Assembly (NCBI RefSeq): GCF_000021865.1
Contig: NC_014034.1
Span: 1,740,001-1,772,000 of the forward strand
Direction of reading: 5' to 3'
DNA: 32,000 nt
Origin: Rhodobacter capsulatus SB 1003
GTDB taxonomy: Bacteria; Pseudomonadota; Alphaproteobacteria; Rhodobacterales; Rhodobacteraceae
The translations under genes and the position numbers were made by a program. Position 1 is the stretch's first letter; each line of letters opens with the position of its first letter. Shown in pieces: positions 17,616 to 26,937 of this stretch. The notes below the pieces were generated by a model. That model did no database searches, had not been told where the DNA came from, and saw nothing but the letters and a program-made list of their open reading frames with translations.

Positions 17616-18560
17616 TCAGCCCCGCAGGATGTTGTGCCAGCCCCCCATCCGGCCACGAAACCATGTGCGTTGCCGCTTCGCATATTGGCGCGAGGCGGCC
17701 TTGGCGCGCGCGGTCGCGGTGGCCAGATCGATCTCGCCCCGCAGATGCGCGACCAGCTCGGGGGCGCCGATCGCCTTGGCCCAAAGCGCCGAAGCGTCCC
17801 ACTGGGGCAGGAGGGCGCGGACCTCGTCCAGCGCGCCCGACTCAAGCATCGTCTCGAAGCGGGCATCGATCCGCGCCGCCAGAAGGTCGCGCCCGGGCGA
17901 GAGCAGCAGCGGCACGGCGGCGTCGAGCGGCAGAAGCGGCGGCGGTGTGTCATCCTGCCAGGCGGCCAGCCCGCGGCCGGTCGCCCGCATCACCTCCCAG
18001 GCGCGTTGCACCCGCATCGGGTTCAGCCCGTCGACGCGGGCCGCGGTGGCGGGGTCCAGCTCGGCCCGCATGCCCGCATGCCCCTCGGTCAGGCGGCGGC
18101 GGTCGGCCTCGGCGCGGATCTCGGCGGGCGTGGCGGGGATCTCGGCCAGCCCCTCGGTCAGCGCGCTCAGGTAAAGCCCGGTGCCGCCCACGATGATCGG
18201 GCGCGGCCCGGCGCCCGCGCGAAAGGCAGCAAGGATCGGGCCGATCTCGCGCAGCCAGGCGCCGACGGAATAGTCTTCGCCCGGGGCGCGGTGCCCGTAA
18301 AGCGCATGGGGGGCGCGGGCTTCATCCGCGGCCGAGGGCCGGGCCGAGAGCACGCGCCAGCACGACCAGACCTGCAGCGCATCGGCATTCACCACGACGC
18401 CGCTGGATTGTTCCGCGATTTCAAGCGCCAGCGCGGATTTCCCCGAGGCCGTCGCCCCCGCGATCAGCACCGGGCGGTCAGCGGGCAGGGCGGCAAGGTC
18501 GAACACGGCGATGATCCCGAAGCTGCGGTTGAGGTTGATCCCGGACGCCATTTGCGACAT
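17616..18560 (-). CDS. miaA: tRNA dimethylallyltransferase MiaA (start uncertain: 18578 TTG, 18560 ATG, 18551 ATG or 18506 GTG)
   Basis: P-loop [39 protein letters not shown] and C-terminal [10 protein letters not shown]. Confidence 0.85.
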   Translation of the reverse strand: MSQMASGINLNRSFGIIAVFDLAALPADRPVLIAGATASGKSALALEIAEQSSGVVVNADALQVWSCWRVLSARPSAADEARAPHALYGHRAPGEDYSVGAWLREIGPILAAFRAGAGPRPIIVGGTGLYLSALTEGLAEIPATPAEIRAEADRRRLTEGHAGMRAELDPATAARVDGLNPMRVQRAWEVMRATGRGLAAWQDDTPPPLLPLDAAVPLLLSPGRDLLAARIDARFETMLESGALDEVRALLPQWDASALWAKAIGAPELVAHLRGEIDLATATARAKAASRQYAKRQRTWFRGRMGGWHNILRG

Positions 18561-18601
18561 TTTGCGCCCCGATGACAACCAGGGACCGCCAAGGAGCCGC
18601 G

Positions 18602-19333
18602 ATGACCGAAGCCAACGAACCGATCGTGAAATACAAACGCGTGCTTCTGAAGATCTCGGGCGAGGCGCTGATGGGCGATCAGGGCTACGGCCTGCATCCG
18701 CCGACCGTCGAACGCATCGCCCGCGAGGTGAAATCGGTCCGCGATCTGGGCGTGGAAATCTGCATGGTGATCGGCGGCGGCAACATCTTCCGCGGCCTTG
18801 CGGGCTCGGCGCAGGGGATGGAGCGCACGACGGCCGATTACATGGGGATGCTGGCGACGGTGATGAACGCGCTGGCCATGCAGGGCGCGCTCGAATCGAT
18901 GGGGGTCTTTACCCGGGTGATCAGCGCGATTCCGATGGATCAGGTCTGCGAACCCTACATCCGCCGCCGCGCCGTGCGGCATCTGGAGAAAAAGCGCGTC
19001 TGCATCTTTGCCGCGGGCACCGGCAACCCCTATTTCACCACCGACACGGCCGCGACCTTGCGGGCGAACGAGATGTCCTGCGAGGCGATCTTCAAGGGCA
19101 CCAAGGTCGATGGCGTCTATGACATGGACCCGAAGAAACACGCCCATGCGAAGCGCTACGACACGGTGAGCTATGACGAGGTGCTGCAAAAGAACCTGGG
19201 CGTCATGGATGCCTCGGCGATTGCGCTCGCGCGCGACAACAACCTGCCGATCATCGTCTTTTCGCTGGATGAACCGGGCGGGTTCCGCGGCATTCTGGCC
19301 GGGCAGGGCACCTATACCCGCGTGCAGGGCTGA
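18602..19333 (+). CDS. pyrH: UMP kinase
   Basis: AAGGAG SD 5 nt before ATG 18602. [22 protein letters not shown] and [13 protein letters not shown] motifs. Confidence 0.95.
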   Translation: MTEANEPIVKYKRVLLKISGEALMGDQGYGLHPPTVERIAREVKSVRDLGVEICMVIGGGNIFRGLAGSAQGMERTTADYMGMLATVMNALAMQGALESMGVFTRVISAIPMDQVCEPYIRRRAVRHLEKKRVCIFAAGTGNPYFTTDTAATLRANEMSCEAIFKGTKVDGVYDMDPKKHAHAKRYDTVSYDEVLQKNLGVMDASAIALARDNNLPIIVFSLDEPGGFRGILAGQGTYTRVQG

Positions 19334-19438
19334 GATCGGCGACATGTGACGCAACGGAACGGGTGCGCGCGCTTGGCCCCTATCCAAGCGCCGCCCGCCC
19401 CGTTATGAAGACGAAAACGGAAAAGAGCGGGGGACCCC

Positions 19439-20002
19439 ATGTCCGACGATATCGAAATCGACACCGACGACCTCGAACGCCGCATGGAGGGCGCGATGCA
19501 TGCGCTCAAGCATGAATTCGGCACGCTGCGCACCGGCCGCGCCTCGGCCTCGATGGTCGAGCCGATCATGGTCGATGCCTATGGCTCGCTGGTGCCGATC
19601 AACCAGGTCGGCACGATCAACGTGCCCGAGCCGCGGATGGTGACCGTGAACGTCTGGGACAAGGGCATGATCAACAAGGTCGAAAAGGCCATTCGCGATT
19701 CGGGCCTGGGCATCAACCCGCAGACCAACGGCCCGATCATCATGCTGCCGATCCCCGAGCTGAACGAGGAACGCCGCCGCGAGCTGACCAAGGTCGCCGC
19801 GCAATATGCCGAACATGCCCGCGTCGCCATCCGCAACGTCCGCCGCGACGGCATGGACCAGATCAAGAAAGCCAAGGCCAACGGCATGTCGGAAGACGAC
19901 CAGAAGTTCTGGGAAGGCGAGATCGAAGAGCTGACGAAAAAGCACATCGGTCTGGTCGACAAGGCGCTTGAGGGCAAGCAGGCGGAGATCATGCACGTCT
20001 GA
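19439..20002 (+). CDS. frr: Ribosome recycling factor
   Basis: 187 aa with [23 protein letters not shown] and [12 protein letters not shown] blocks. Confidence 0.95.
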   Translation: MSDDIEIDTDDLERRMEGAMHALKHEFGTLRTGRASASMVEPIMVDAYGSLVPINQVGTINVPEPRMVTVNVWDKGMINKVEKAIRDSGLGINPQTNGPIIMLPIPELNEERRRELTKVAAQYAEHARVAIRNVRRDGMDQIKKAKANGMSEDDQKFWEGEIEELTKKHIGLVDKALEGKQAEIMHV

Positions 20003-20019
20003 GACGTGCAGAAAGGCTG

Positions 20020-20775
20020 ATGATGACCGCGACCGAGCCCCGACCCGCGCCGACCGGCGGTGGCGTCACCGATTACGGCGTTTCGCATGTCGCGATGATC
20101 ATGGATGGCAACGGCCGCTGGGCCAAGCAGCGCGGCTGGCCGCGGCTGGTGGGGCACCGAAAGGGCGCGGAACGGGTCAAGGAGATCGTCCGCGCCTGCC
20201 CCGATCTGGGGGTGAAATGGCTCACCCTTTATGCCTTTTCGACCGAGAACTGGAAGCGCTCGACCGAGGAAGTCCTTGGGTTGATGGCGCTTTTTGCCCG
20301 TTACATCCAGCGCGAGGCCGATGCGATGTCGGCCGAGGGGGTGCGGATGCGCTTCATCGGCGACCGCGGGCCGCTGGATGGCAAGCTGCGCGGGCTGATG
20401 GACGGGATCGAGGCGCGTACGGCGATGAATGCGCGGCTGAACCTGACCGTGGCGATCAATTACGGCGGCCGCGACGAGTTGCGCCGGGCGGCGGTCTCGA
20501 TCGCGCAGGAGGTGGCGGCCGGGCGGCTGGCCCCCGAGGCGATCACCGAGGCGGTCTTTGCGGGCCATCTCGACACCGCGGCGATCCCCGATCCGGATCT
20601 GGTGATCCGTTCCTCGGGCGAGACGCGGACGTCGAATTTCCTGCCTTGGCAGGCGGCTTACGCGGAATATGACTTCACGCCGACGCTGTGGCCGGATTTC
20701 AACCCGGCGGCGCTGGCGGCGATCCTGGCGCAATTCGGTGGCCGCGAACGGCGTTTCGGCGGGGTGAAGGGATGA
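20020..20775 (+). CDS. uppS: Undecaprenyl diphosphate synthase (start 20020 or 20023)
   Basis: HVAMIMDGNGRWA, YAFSTENWKR and SGETRTSNFLPWQAAYAEY motifs. Confidence 0.9.
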   Translation: MMTATEPRPAPTGGGVTDYGVSHVAMIMDGNGRWAKQRGWPRLVGHRKGAERVKEIVRACPDLGVKWLTLYAFSTENWKRSTEEVLGLMALFARYIQREADAMSAEGVRMRFIGDRGPLDGKLRGLMDGIEARTAMNARLNLTVAINYGGRDELRRAAVSIAQEVAAGRLAPEAITEAVFAGHLDTAAIPDPDLVIRSSGETRTSNFLPWQAAYAEYDFTPTLWPDFNPAALAAILAQFGGRERRFGGVKG

Positions 20776-21566
20776 GTGGCAACTGGTCGGATCTGCGCGC
20801 GCGCACGGGCTCGGGGCTGGCGATGGTCGCGGCGGGGGCGCTGGCGATCTGGCTGGGCGGGTTGCCCTTCATCGCGCTGGCGGTGCTGGTCACCGGGCTG
20901 ATGATCTGGGAACTTGCGGCGATGACGCGCCCCGAGGGGGCCGCGTCCTGGCCTGCGGTCGGGCTGGGTCTGACCGGCGCGACGGCGCTTTTTGCCGTTG
21001 TCTTCGGCCATCTGTGGTTCCTGACACCGCTTCTGATCCTGCCCGCGGCGCTTGGCAGCTTTGCCACGGCCCGCCGCGACCGGGCGATCTTTGCCGCCTA
21101 TGCGGTGCTGATCATGCTGGCGGGCTATGCGCTGGTGGCGCTGCGTCTGGGCGTCGGGCCGGGGGTGATCCTGTGGCTTGTCTGCGTCGTCGTCGCCTCG
21201 GATGTCGGCGGCTATTTCGTCGGCCGCGCCCTGGGCGGGCCGAAATTCTGGCCCCGGGTCTCGCCGAAAAAGACCTGGTCGGGCACGGTGGCGGGCTGGT
21301 TTGGCGCCGCGGCCGTGGGCGGGCTTTTCGCCGCAGCGGGCGCGGGCGGTCTTGCGCTTGTCTGGCTTACGCCGATTGTGGCGCTTGCCGGGCAGATGGG
21401 CGACATCGCGGAAAGCGCGATCAAGCGGCGGATGGGGGTGAAAGATTCCTCGGCCCTGATCCCCGGTCACGGCGGAGTGCTGGACCGGTTCGACGCGCTG
21501 ATCGGCGCGGCTCTGGTGGTGCTTTTGCTTGTGCCCTTGATGCCGCAAACGCTTTTCGGAGGCTAA
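20772..21566 (+). CDS. cdsA: Phosphatidate cytidylyltransferase
   Basis: ATGA overlap with the uppS stop. SPKKTWSG and GDIAESAIKRRMGVKDSSALIPGHGGVLDRFD signature. Confidence 0.9.
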   Translation: MSGNWSDLRARTGSGLAMVAAGALAIWLGGLPFIALAVLVTGLMIWELAAMTRPEGAASWPAVGLGLTGATALFAVVFGHLWFLTPLLILPAALGSFATARRDRAIFAAYAVLIMLAGYALVALRLGVGPGVILWLVCVVVASDVGGYFVGRALGGPKFWPRVSPKKTWSGTVAGWFGAAAVGGLFAAAGAGGLALVWLTPIVALAGQMGDIAESAIKRRMGVKDSSALIPGHGGVLDRFDALIGAALVVLLLVPLMPQTLFGG

Positions 21567-21569
21567 GTC

Positions 21570-22742
21570 ATGCGACGCATTACGGTTTTCGGGTCCACCG
21601 GCTCGATCGGGGTCAATACGCTTGACCTGATCGCCCGTCGTCCGGGGGCCTTTCAGGTGGTGGCCCTGTCCGGGGGGCGCAACATCAAGCTTCTGGCCGA
21701 ACAGGCGCGGGCTTTCCGGGCCGAGGTCGCGGTGACCGCGCATGAAGATTGCCTGCCTGCGCTGCGCGACGCGCTGGCCGGAACCGGGATCGAGGCGACG
21801 GCCGGGAAAGCCGCGCTGATCGAGGCGGCGCTGCGTCCGGCCGACTGGATCATGTCGGCCATCGTCGGCGCCGCGGGTCTGGCGCCGGGCTTTGCCGCGC
21901 TGAGCCAGGGCACGACGCTCGCGCTCGCGAACAAGGAATCGCTGGTCACCGCCGGGCCGCTGCTTCTGGCGGAAGCCGCGAAACACAACGCCCGCCTTTT
22001 GCCCGTCGACAGCGAACATTCCGCGGTCTTTCAGGCGCTGGTCGGCGAAGAGATGGCAGCGGTCGAACGCATCATCATCACCGCCTCGGGCGGGGCCTTC
22101 CGCGATTGGCCGATCGAGAAACTGGCCCATGCGACGGTGTCGCAGGCCTCCACCCATCCGAACTGGGCGATGGGGCAAAGGATCACCATCGATTCCGCGT
22201 CCTTCTTCAACAAGGCCTTGGAACTGATTGAAACCAAGGAATATTTCGGCGTGCGGCCAGAGCAGATCGAGGTTCTGGTGCACCCTGAATCGCTGGTGCA
22301 TGCGCTGGTCGGCTTCAAGGACGGTGCGCTGATGGCGCATCTGGGCGCGCCCGACATGCGCCATGCCATCGGCTATGCGCTCAATTGGCCGGAGCGGGCG
22401 GAGCTGCCGGTGACCCGTCTGGATCTGGCAAAGATCGGCGCGCTGACCTTCCGCGCGCCCGACGAGGACCGCTTCCCGGCGCTGCGTCTGGCGCGCGAGG
22501 TGATGGCGATGGGCGGCACGGCGGGGGCGGCCTTCAACGCCGCCAAGGAAGCCGCGCTGGATGCCTTCATCGGCGAGGAGATCGGTTTTCTGGCGATGAG
22601 CCGTCTGGTCGAAGCCGTGCTGACCGAGATGACCGCGCGTCACGGGCTTGGAAAACCGCTCGACAGTCTCGATATGGTGATGGACACCGATGCCACCGCG
22701 CGGGCGCTTGCGCGCAGCCTTGTGCCGACAGTAAGGACCTGA
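21570..22742 (+). CDS. dxr: 1-deoxy-D-xylulose 5-phosphate reductoisomerase
   Basis: GSTGSIG, LANKESLV, PVDSEHSA and HPNWAMGQRITIDSAS motifs. Confidence 0.95.
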   Translation: MRRITVFGSTGSIGVNTLDLIARRPGAFQVVALSGGRNIKLLAEQARAFRAEVAVTAHEDCLPALRDALAGTGIEATAGKAALIEAALRPADWIMSAIVGAAGLAPGFAALSQGTTLALANKESLVTAGPLLLAEAAKHNARLLPVDSEHSAVFQALVGEEMAAVERIIITASGGAFRDWPIEKLAHATVSQASTHPNWAMGQRITIDSASFFNKALELIETKEYFGVRPEQIEVLVHPESLVHALVGFKDGALMAHLGAPDMRHAIGYALNWPERAELPVTRLDLAKIGALTFRAPDEDRFPALRLAREVMAMGGTAGAAFNAAKEAALDAFIGEEIGFLAMSRLVEAVLTEMTARHGLGKPLDSLDMVMDTDATARALARSLVPTVRT

Positions 22743-22745
22743 CCC

Positions 22746-24083
22746 TTGGATTTTCTTCCCGACCTTGTTTCGATGCTGCAGACCGCGCTGGCCTTTGTCA
22801 TCGCGCTTTCGATCATCGTCACGGTGCATGAATACGGCCATTACATCGTGGGGCGGCTGTGCGGCATCAAGGCCGAGGCCTTCTCGATCGGCTTTGGGCC
22901 AAAGCTGATCAGCCGGGTCGACAAGCACGGCACGGTCTGGAAGATTTCGCTGTTCCCGCTTGGGGGTTACGTCAAGTTTCTGGGCGATGCCAACGCCACT
23001 TCGGCGGGGGTGGACGAGGAAACCATGGCGCGGCTGAACGCCGAGGAACGCCGCCATTCGATGCATGGCGCGCCCCTTTGGGGGGGCGGCGACCGTGGCC
23101 GCGGGGCGGTCTTCAACTTCATCCTGTCGATCCTGGTCTTTGCCGGGGCGATGGCCTGGGAGGGCAAGCCCGCCGTGCCGCCGCAGGTGGCGGACCTGGT
23201 GGCGCTGCCCGGCGGCTCGGGCGATCTGCGCCCGGGCGACCGGCTTCTGGCGATCGAGGGCGTCGCGCTGCCCGATTACGACCGGCTGCGCGAGGTGCCG
23301 ACGCCGGAAAAACCCTTCCTCAGCTATCGGGTGCTGCGCGACGGCACCGACATGGTGGTTGACGGGCCGCAGCTGGCGCCGCCGCGCGCCGCGCAGGTGT
23401 TGCCGCAATCGGCCGCCGATGCCGCCGGGATCCGCGCGGGCGACGTGATCACCGCGATCGACGGGCAGCCGATCTGGCGCTTTGACGATCTGGTCGCCAA
23501 GGTCGGCGCGGGCAAGGGCGCGGCGCTGACGCTGGATCTGTGGCGCCCCGCCGAGGAGGGTAATGGCGGCAGCACGCTTTCGGTGACGCTGACGCCGAAG
23601 ATCGTCGACATGCCGCGCCCGGACGGCAGTTTCGTCAGCGATTTCAAGATCGGCCTGATCGCCGGTGCGGGCTTCAGCCCGGTCACCGAGGGGATCGGCC
23701 CGGTCGAGGCGCTGATGGGCGGGGCGAAACAGACCTGGGGGGCGATCACCGCCTCGGTCTCGGCGATCGAACATATCGTGCTGGGCAAGATCTCGAGCTG
23801 CAACCTGCGCGGCGCCATCGGCATCGCCGAGGGCTCGGGCGCGGCGGCCAAGGCGGGGGCGGCGGATTTCATCTGGTTCATCGCCATGCTCTCGACCGCG
23901 GTGGGCTTCCTGAACCTGTTCCCGATCCCGGTGCTGGATGGCGGCCATCTGATGTTCCACCTCTGGGAAGGCGTCACCGGCAAGCCGCCGTCGGACCGGG
24001 TGATGAGCCTGATGGTCTCGGTCGGGCTGGCGCTGGTGCTGTCGCTGATGGCCTTTGGCCTTTGGAACGATCTGGTGTGCTGA
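22746..24083 (+). CDS. rseP: RIP zinc metalloprotease RseP (site-2 protease), with a local out-of-frame patch at 23082-23108
   Basis: TTG start 3 nt after the dxr stop. HEYGHY in TM1, PDZ-like region, C-terminal NLFPIPVLDGGH. Confidence 0.9.
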   Translation: MDFLPDLVSMLQTALAFVIALSIIVTVHEYGHYIVGRLCGIKAEAFSIGFGPKLISRVDKHGTVWKISLFPLGGYVKFLGDANATSAGVDEETMARLNAEERRHSMHGAPLWGGGDRGRGAVFNFILSILVFAGAMAWEGKPAVPPQVADLVALPGGSGDLRPGDRLLAIEGVALPDYDRLREVPTPEKPFLSYRVLRDGTDMVVDGPQLAPPRAAQVLPQSAADAAGIRAGDVITAIDGQPIWRFDDLVAKVGAGKGAALTLDLWRPAEEGNGGSTLSVTLTPKIVDMPRPDGSFVSDFKIGLIAGAGFSPVTEGIGPVEALMGGAKQTWGAITASVSAIEHIVLGKISSCNLRGAIGIAEGSGAAAKAGAADFIWFIAMLSTAVGFLNLFPIPVLDGGHLMFHLWEGVTGKPPSDRVMSLMVSVGLALVLSLMAFGLWNDLVC

Positions 24084-24176
24084 GACGGGCGGGGCGGCGC
24101 AAATTCGCCCCGATCCGCCCTAATTAGGCCGCATTGAACGGGTATTTCGGTGCCGAAAGGCAAAGGAGTCCCGATC

Positions 24177-24350
24177 ATGCAGGCGGTTCTGAGCGACGGA
24201 TACCGGAGCGTCGCGCTCGTCTTCGACCTTGCGGCCGACCGCATTCTGGTGCCGGTGGCGATCTTCGTGGCGCTGGCCGGGGCGCTGGTGATCGGCATCG
24301 AGGTTTCGGCGCTGCTTCCCCCCGCCGATCCGACCCTGTATCAGCTTTGA
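24177..24350 (+). CDS. Candidate 57-aa single-pass membrane protein
   Basis: AAGGAG lies 8 nt before ATG 24177. Third-position G/C is 48 of 57 codons and second-position G/C is 23 of 57, a coding-like pattern for this genome. Hydrophobic helix ILVPVAIFVALAGALVIGI. Confidence 0.4.
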   Translation: MQAVLSDGYRSVALVFDLAADRILVPVAIFVALAGALVIGIEVSALLPPADPTLYQL

Positions 24351-24401
24351 CCGATCTACCATATCTCGCGCTTTCGTTGCGCCCGAACACGGTCTGTCGC
24401 T

Positions 24402-24430
24402 TTGACAAGGGCCGTCTTTCTCGCTAGTCA
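24402..24430 (+). promoter_or_regulatory. Possible sigma-70-type promoter for bamA
   Basis: Perfect TTGACA (24402-24407), a 17-nt spacer, then the weak -10 TAGTCA (24425-24430), about 40 nt upstream of the bamA ATG. Confidence 0.25.
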
Positions 24431-24471
24431 CGTCAGAGAACTGCGCCAAGCGACCTGACGGGGAGAGTGCG

Positions 24472-26874
24472 ATGACGATCCGGCTGCAACTTGCCAAGCC
24501 CAAGGCGAAGACCCGTCTGGGCATGCTCGCGACCAGCACATTCCTTGCCCTTGCCGTGCCTTGCGCCTTTGTCGCCGCGCCGGTGCTGGCGCAGGACTAT
24601 GCCTTTCAAAGCGTGAAGATCGAGGGCAATGACCGGGTCGAACCGGCGACGATCCTCAGCTATGCCGGAATCGCCAAGGGCGCCCGGGTCAGCGCCGGGG
24701 CGCTGAACGACGCGTTCCAGCGGCTGCAGGGCTCGGGCCTGTTCGAAAGCGTCGAGATCGTGCCGCAGGGCGGGACGCTGGTGATCCGGGTCAAGGAATA
24801 TCCGACCGTCAACGTCGTCGATTTCGAAGGCAACAAGATCCTCAAGGACGACAAGCTGGCCGGGCTGGTGAAGACGCAACCGCGCAAGGTGTTCTCTCCG
24901 GCGACGCTCGAGGCCGATGCCGCCGCGCTGGCCGAGGGCTACGCCACCACCGGCCGTCTGGCCGCCCGCATCGATCCGAAGGTGATCAAGCGCGACGGCA
25001 ACCGCGTCGATGTCGTCTTCGAGATCAAGGAAGGCGCCGTTTCCGAGGTCAACCGCATCACCTTCACCGGCAACCGCTCCTTCTCGGACCGGCGTCTGCG
25101 CGACGTGCTGGGCACGAAACAGGCGGGCATCCTGCACCGGCTGATCCAGCGCGACACCTTCGTGCCCGACCGGGTGCAGCTGGACCGGCAGATGCTGGTC
25201 GATTTCTACCATTCGCGCGGCTATCCGGATGTGGAAGTGACCGGCGTTTCCTCGGAAATGACCCGCGACCGCGAAGGTTTCTTCATGACCTTCAACATCC
25301 GCGAAGGGCAGCAATACAAGTTCGGCCAGATCACCACCGTCTCCGAAGTGGAGGAGCTGGACGCCAAGGAGTTCGAGGGTCTGGCCAAGATCCGCTCGGG
25401 CCGGATCTATTCGCCGACCGAGATCGATTACGCGGTGACCCGGATGGAGGAAGTCGCGCTGCGCAAGGGCGTGAACTTTGTCCGCGTCGATCCGCGCATC
25501 ACCCGCGATCCGCGCACGCAGACGCTGAACGTCGAATTCGCGCTGGTGCGGGGCGAACGCGTCTTTGTCGAGCGCATCGACATCGAGGGCAACACCACCA
25601 CGCTTGACAGCGTGATCCGGCGCGAGTTCAACACGGTCGAAGGCGACCCCTTCAACCCGCGCGAGATCAAGAACGCCGCCGAACGGATCCGCGCGCTTGG
25701 CTTCTTCTCCAAGGCCGATGTCGGCACGAAACCGGGCACCGGCCCCGATCAGGTGATCGTCGGCGTCGATGTCGAGGAACAGCCGACCGGCTCGCTGACC
25801 TTCGGCGCGAGCTATGGCGCTTCGGCCGGGTTCGGGCTGAATGCCTCGCTCGAGGAATCGAACTTCCTCGGCCGCGGGCAATATCTGGGCATCTCGGTCG
25901 GCACCACCTCGGACAACCAGCAGAATTCGATCGACTTCGTCGAGCCGCATCTGCTGGGCCGCGATCTGAAGGGCCGCTTCCATCTGTGGTACAACACCTC
26001 GGAAAGCGACAATTCCGATTACAACACCAAGATGATGGGGATTTCGCCCTCGCTCGAATTCCCGCTGGCGCGCAATGCGCGGCTGGAGATGCGCTACAGC
26101 TTCCTGCGCAACGAGCTGAGCAGCGTGACCTCTTATGCCGATGATACCGCCGACGGCACCGATAACGGGCTCTGGTCGTCGCAGATCCTTGTCGCCGAGG
26201 AAGAACAGGGCGCGCGCAACAGCATGGGGCCGGGCTACACCTATACCTTTGACACGCGCCGCACCGGCATCGACCCGCGCACGGGCTTCACCTTCCGGTT
26301 CAGTCAGGATCTTTACGGTCTGGGCGGGGATGTCGAGGCCTTGAAGACCACGGCGCTTCTGCGCGCCGAACGCAAGGTCTGGAACGAGGATGTGACCTTG
26401 CGGGCCGAGCTGGAAGGCGGGGCGATCGCCGCGCGGGGGGATACCACGCTGACGATCCTTGACCGCTTCTCGGGCAACAACAAGGTCCGCGGCTTCGAAA
26501 GCAATGGCTATGGTCCGCGCGATTACGTGCATGACGGGGCCGGGGCGGCCAATGGCGATGCCCTTGGGGGCAAGTATTTCGCGGCCCTGCGCCTTGAAAG
26601 CGAATTCCCGCTGGGCCTGCCCGAGGAATATGGCATCCATGGCGGTCTGTTCTGGGATACCGGCTCGGTCTGGGGGCTCGACAACACGACGGGCGGGCGC
26701 AGCGGGGCGCCAAGCGAGGTTGACGATTCCCTGCGTCTGCGCTCTGCGGTCGGCTTCTCGGTGTTCTGGGATTCGGCGCTGGGGCCGCTGCGGCTGAACT
26801 TCATGAAGGCGATCAAGAAAGAAGATTACGACAAGGAACAGAACTTCGATCTGACCATCGCGACGAAGTTCTGA
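24472..26874 (+). CDS. bamA: Outer membrane protein assembly factor BamA
   Basis: 800 aa with a signal peptide, POTRA repeats (IEGN..V, FEGN), IDIEGNTTT, an EQPTGSL barrel start and a C-terminal F. Confidence 0.95.
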   Translation: MTIRLQLAKPKAKTRLGMLATSTFLALAVPCAFVAAPVLAQDYAFQSVKIEGNDRVEPATILSYAGIAKGARVSAGALNDAFQRLQGSGLFESVEIVPQGGTLVIRVKEYPTVNVVDFEGNKILKDDKLAGLVKTQPRKVFSPATLEADAAALAEGYATTGRLAARIDPKVIKRDGNRVDVVFEIKEGAVSEVNRITFTGNRSFSDRRLRDVLGTKQAGILHRLIQRDTFVPDRVQLDRQMLVDFYHSRGYPDVEVTGVSSEMTRDREGFFMTFNIREGQQYKFGQITTVSEVEELDAKEFEGLAKIRSGRIYSPTEIDYAVTRMEEVALRKGVNFVRVDPRITRDPRTQTLNVEFALVRGERVFVERIDIEGNTTTLDSVIRREFNTVEGDPFNPREIKNAAERIRALGFFSKADVGTKPGTGPDQVIVGVDVEEQPTGSLTFGASYGASAGFGLNASLEESNFLGRGQYLGISVGTTSDNQQNSIDFVEPHLLGRDLKGRFHLWYNTSESDNSDYNTKMMGISPSLEFPLARNARLEMRYSFLRNELSSVTSYADDTADGTDNGLWSSQILVAEEEQGARNSMGPGYTYTFDTRRTGIDPRTGFTFRFSQDLYGLGGDVEALKTTALLRAERKVWNEDVTLRAELEGGAIAARGDTTLTILDRFSGNNKVRGFESNGYGPRDYVHDGAGAANGDALGGKYFAALRLESEFPLGLPEEYGIHGGLFWDTGSVWGLDNTTGGRSGAPSEVDDSLRLRSAVGFSVFWDSALGPLRLNFMKAIKKEDYDKEQNFDLTIATKF

Positions 26875-26911
26875 GCCGATGCGGCGGATGCGCCAGCGAA
26901 ACGCCTGACGG

Positions 26912-26937
26912 GGCCGGGGAGCCTCCCCGGCCTTTTG
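26912..26937 (+). terminator. Intrinsic terminator or attenuator between bamA and the skp-like gene
   Basis: Perfect 9-bp stem GGCCGGGGA / TCCCCGGCC with a 3-nt loop, followed by TTTTG. The T tract contains the TTG start of the next ORF. Confidence 0.55.

Noticed and set aside
19369-19391. 8-bp hairpin GCGCTTGG..CCAAGCGC between pyrH and frr as a terminator
   Set aside because: No U tract follows it, and pyrH-frr are usually co-expressed. At most it is an mRNA structural element.
20658-23960. 1100-aa ORF on the minus strand, opposite uppS-cdsA-dxr-rseP
   Set aside because: Extreme Arg/Gly/Pro/His/Asp composition and no recognisable motifs. It is exactly antisense to four well-supported genes, so it is a classic high-GC shadow ORF.
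26879-26908. Mini-ORF MRRMRQRNA just after bamA as a possible true N-terminus of the skp-like protein via frameshift
   Set aside because: It is in a different frame and stops after 9 codons. The TTG-initiated signal peptide is already complete and plausible, so there is no positive evidence for a shift.
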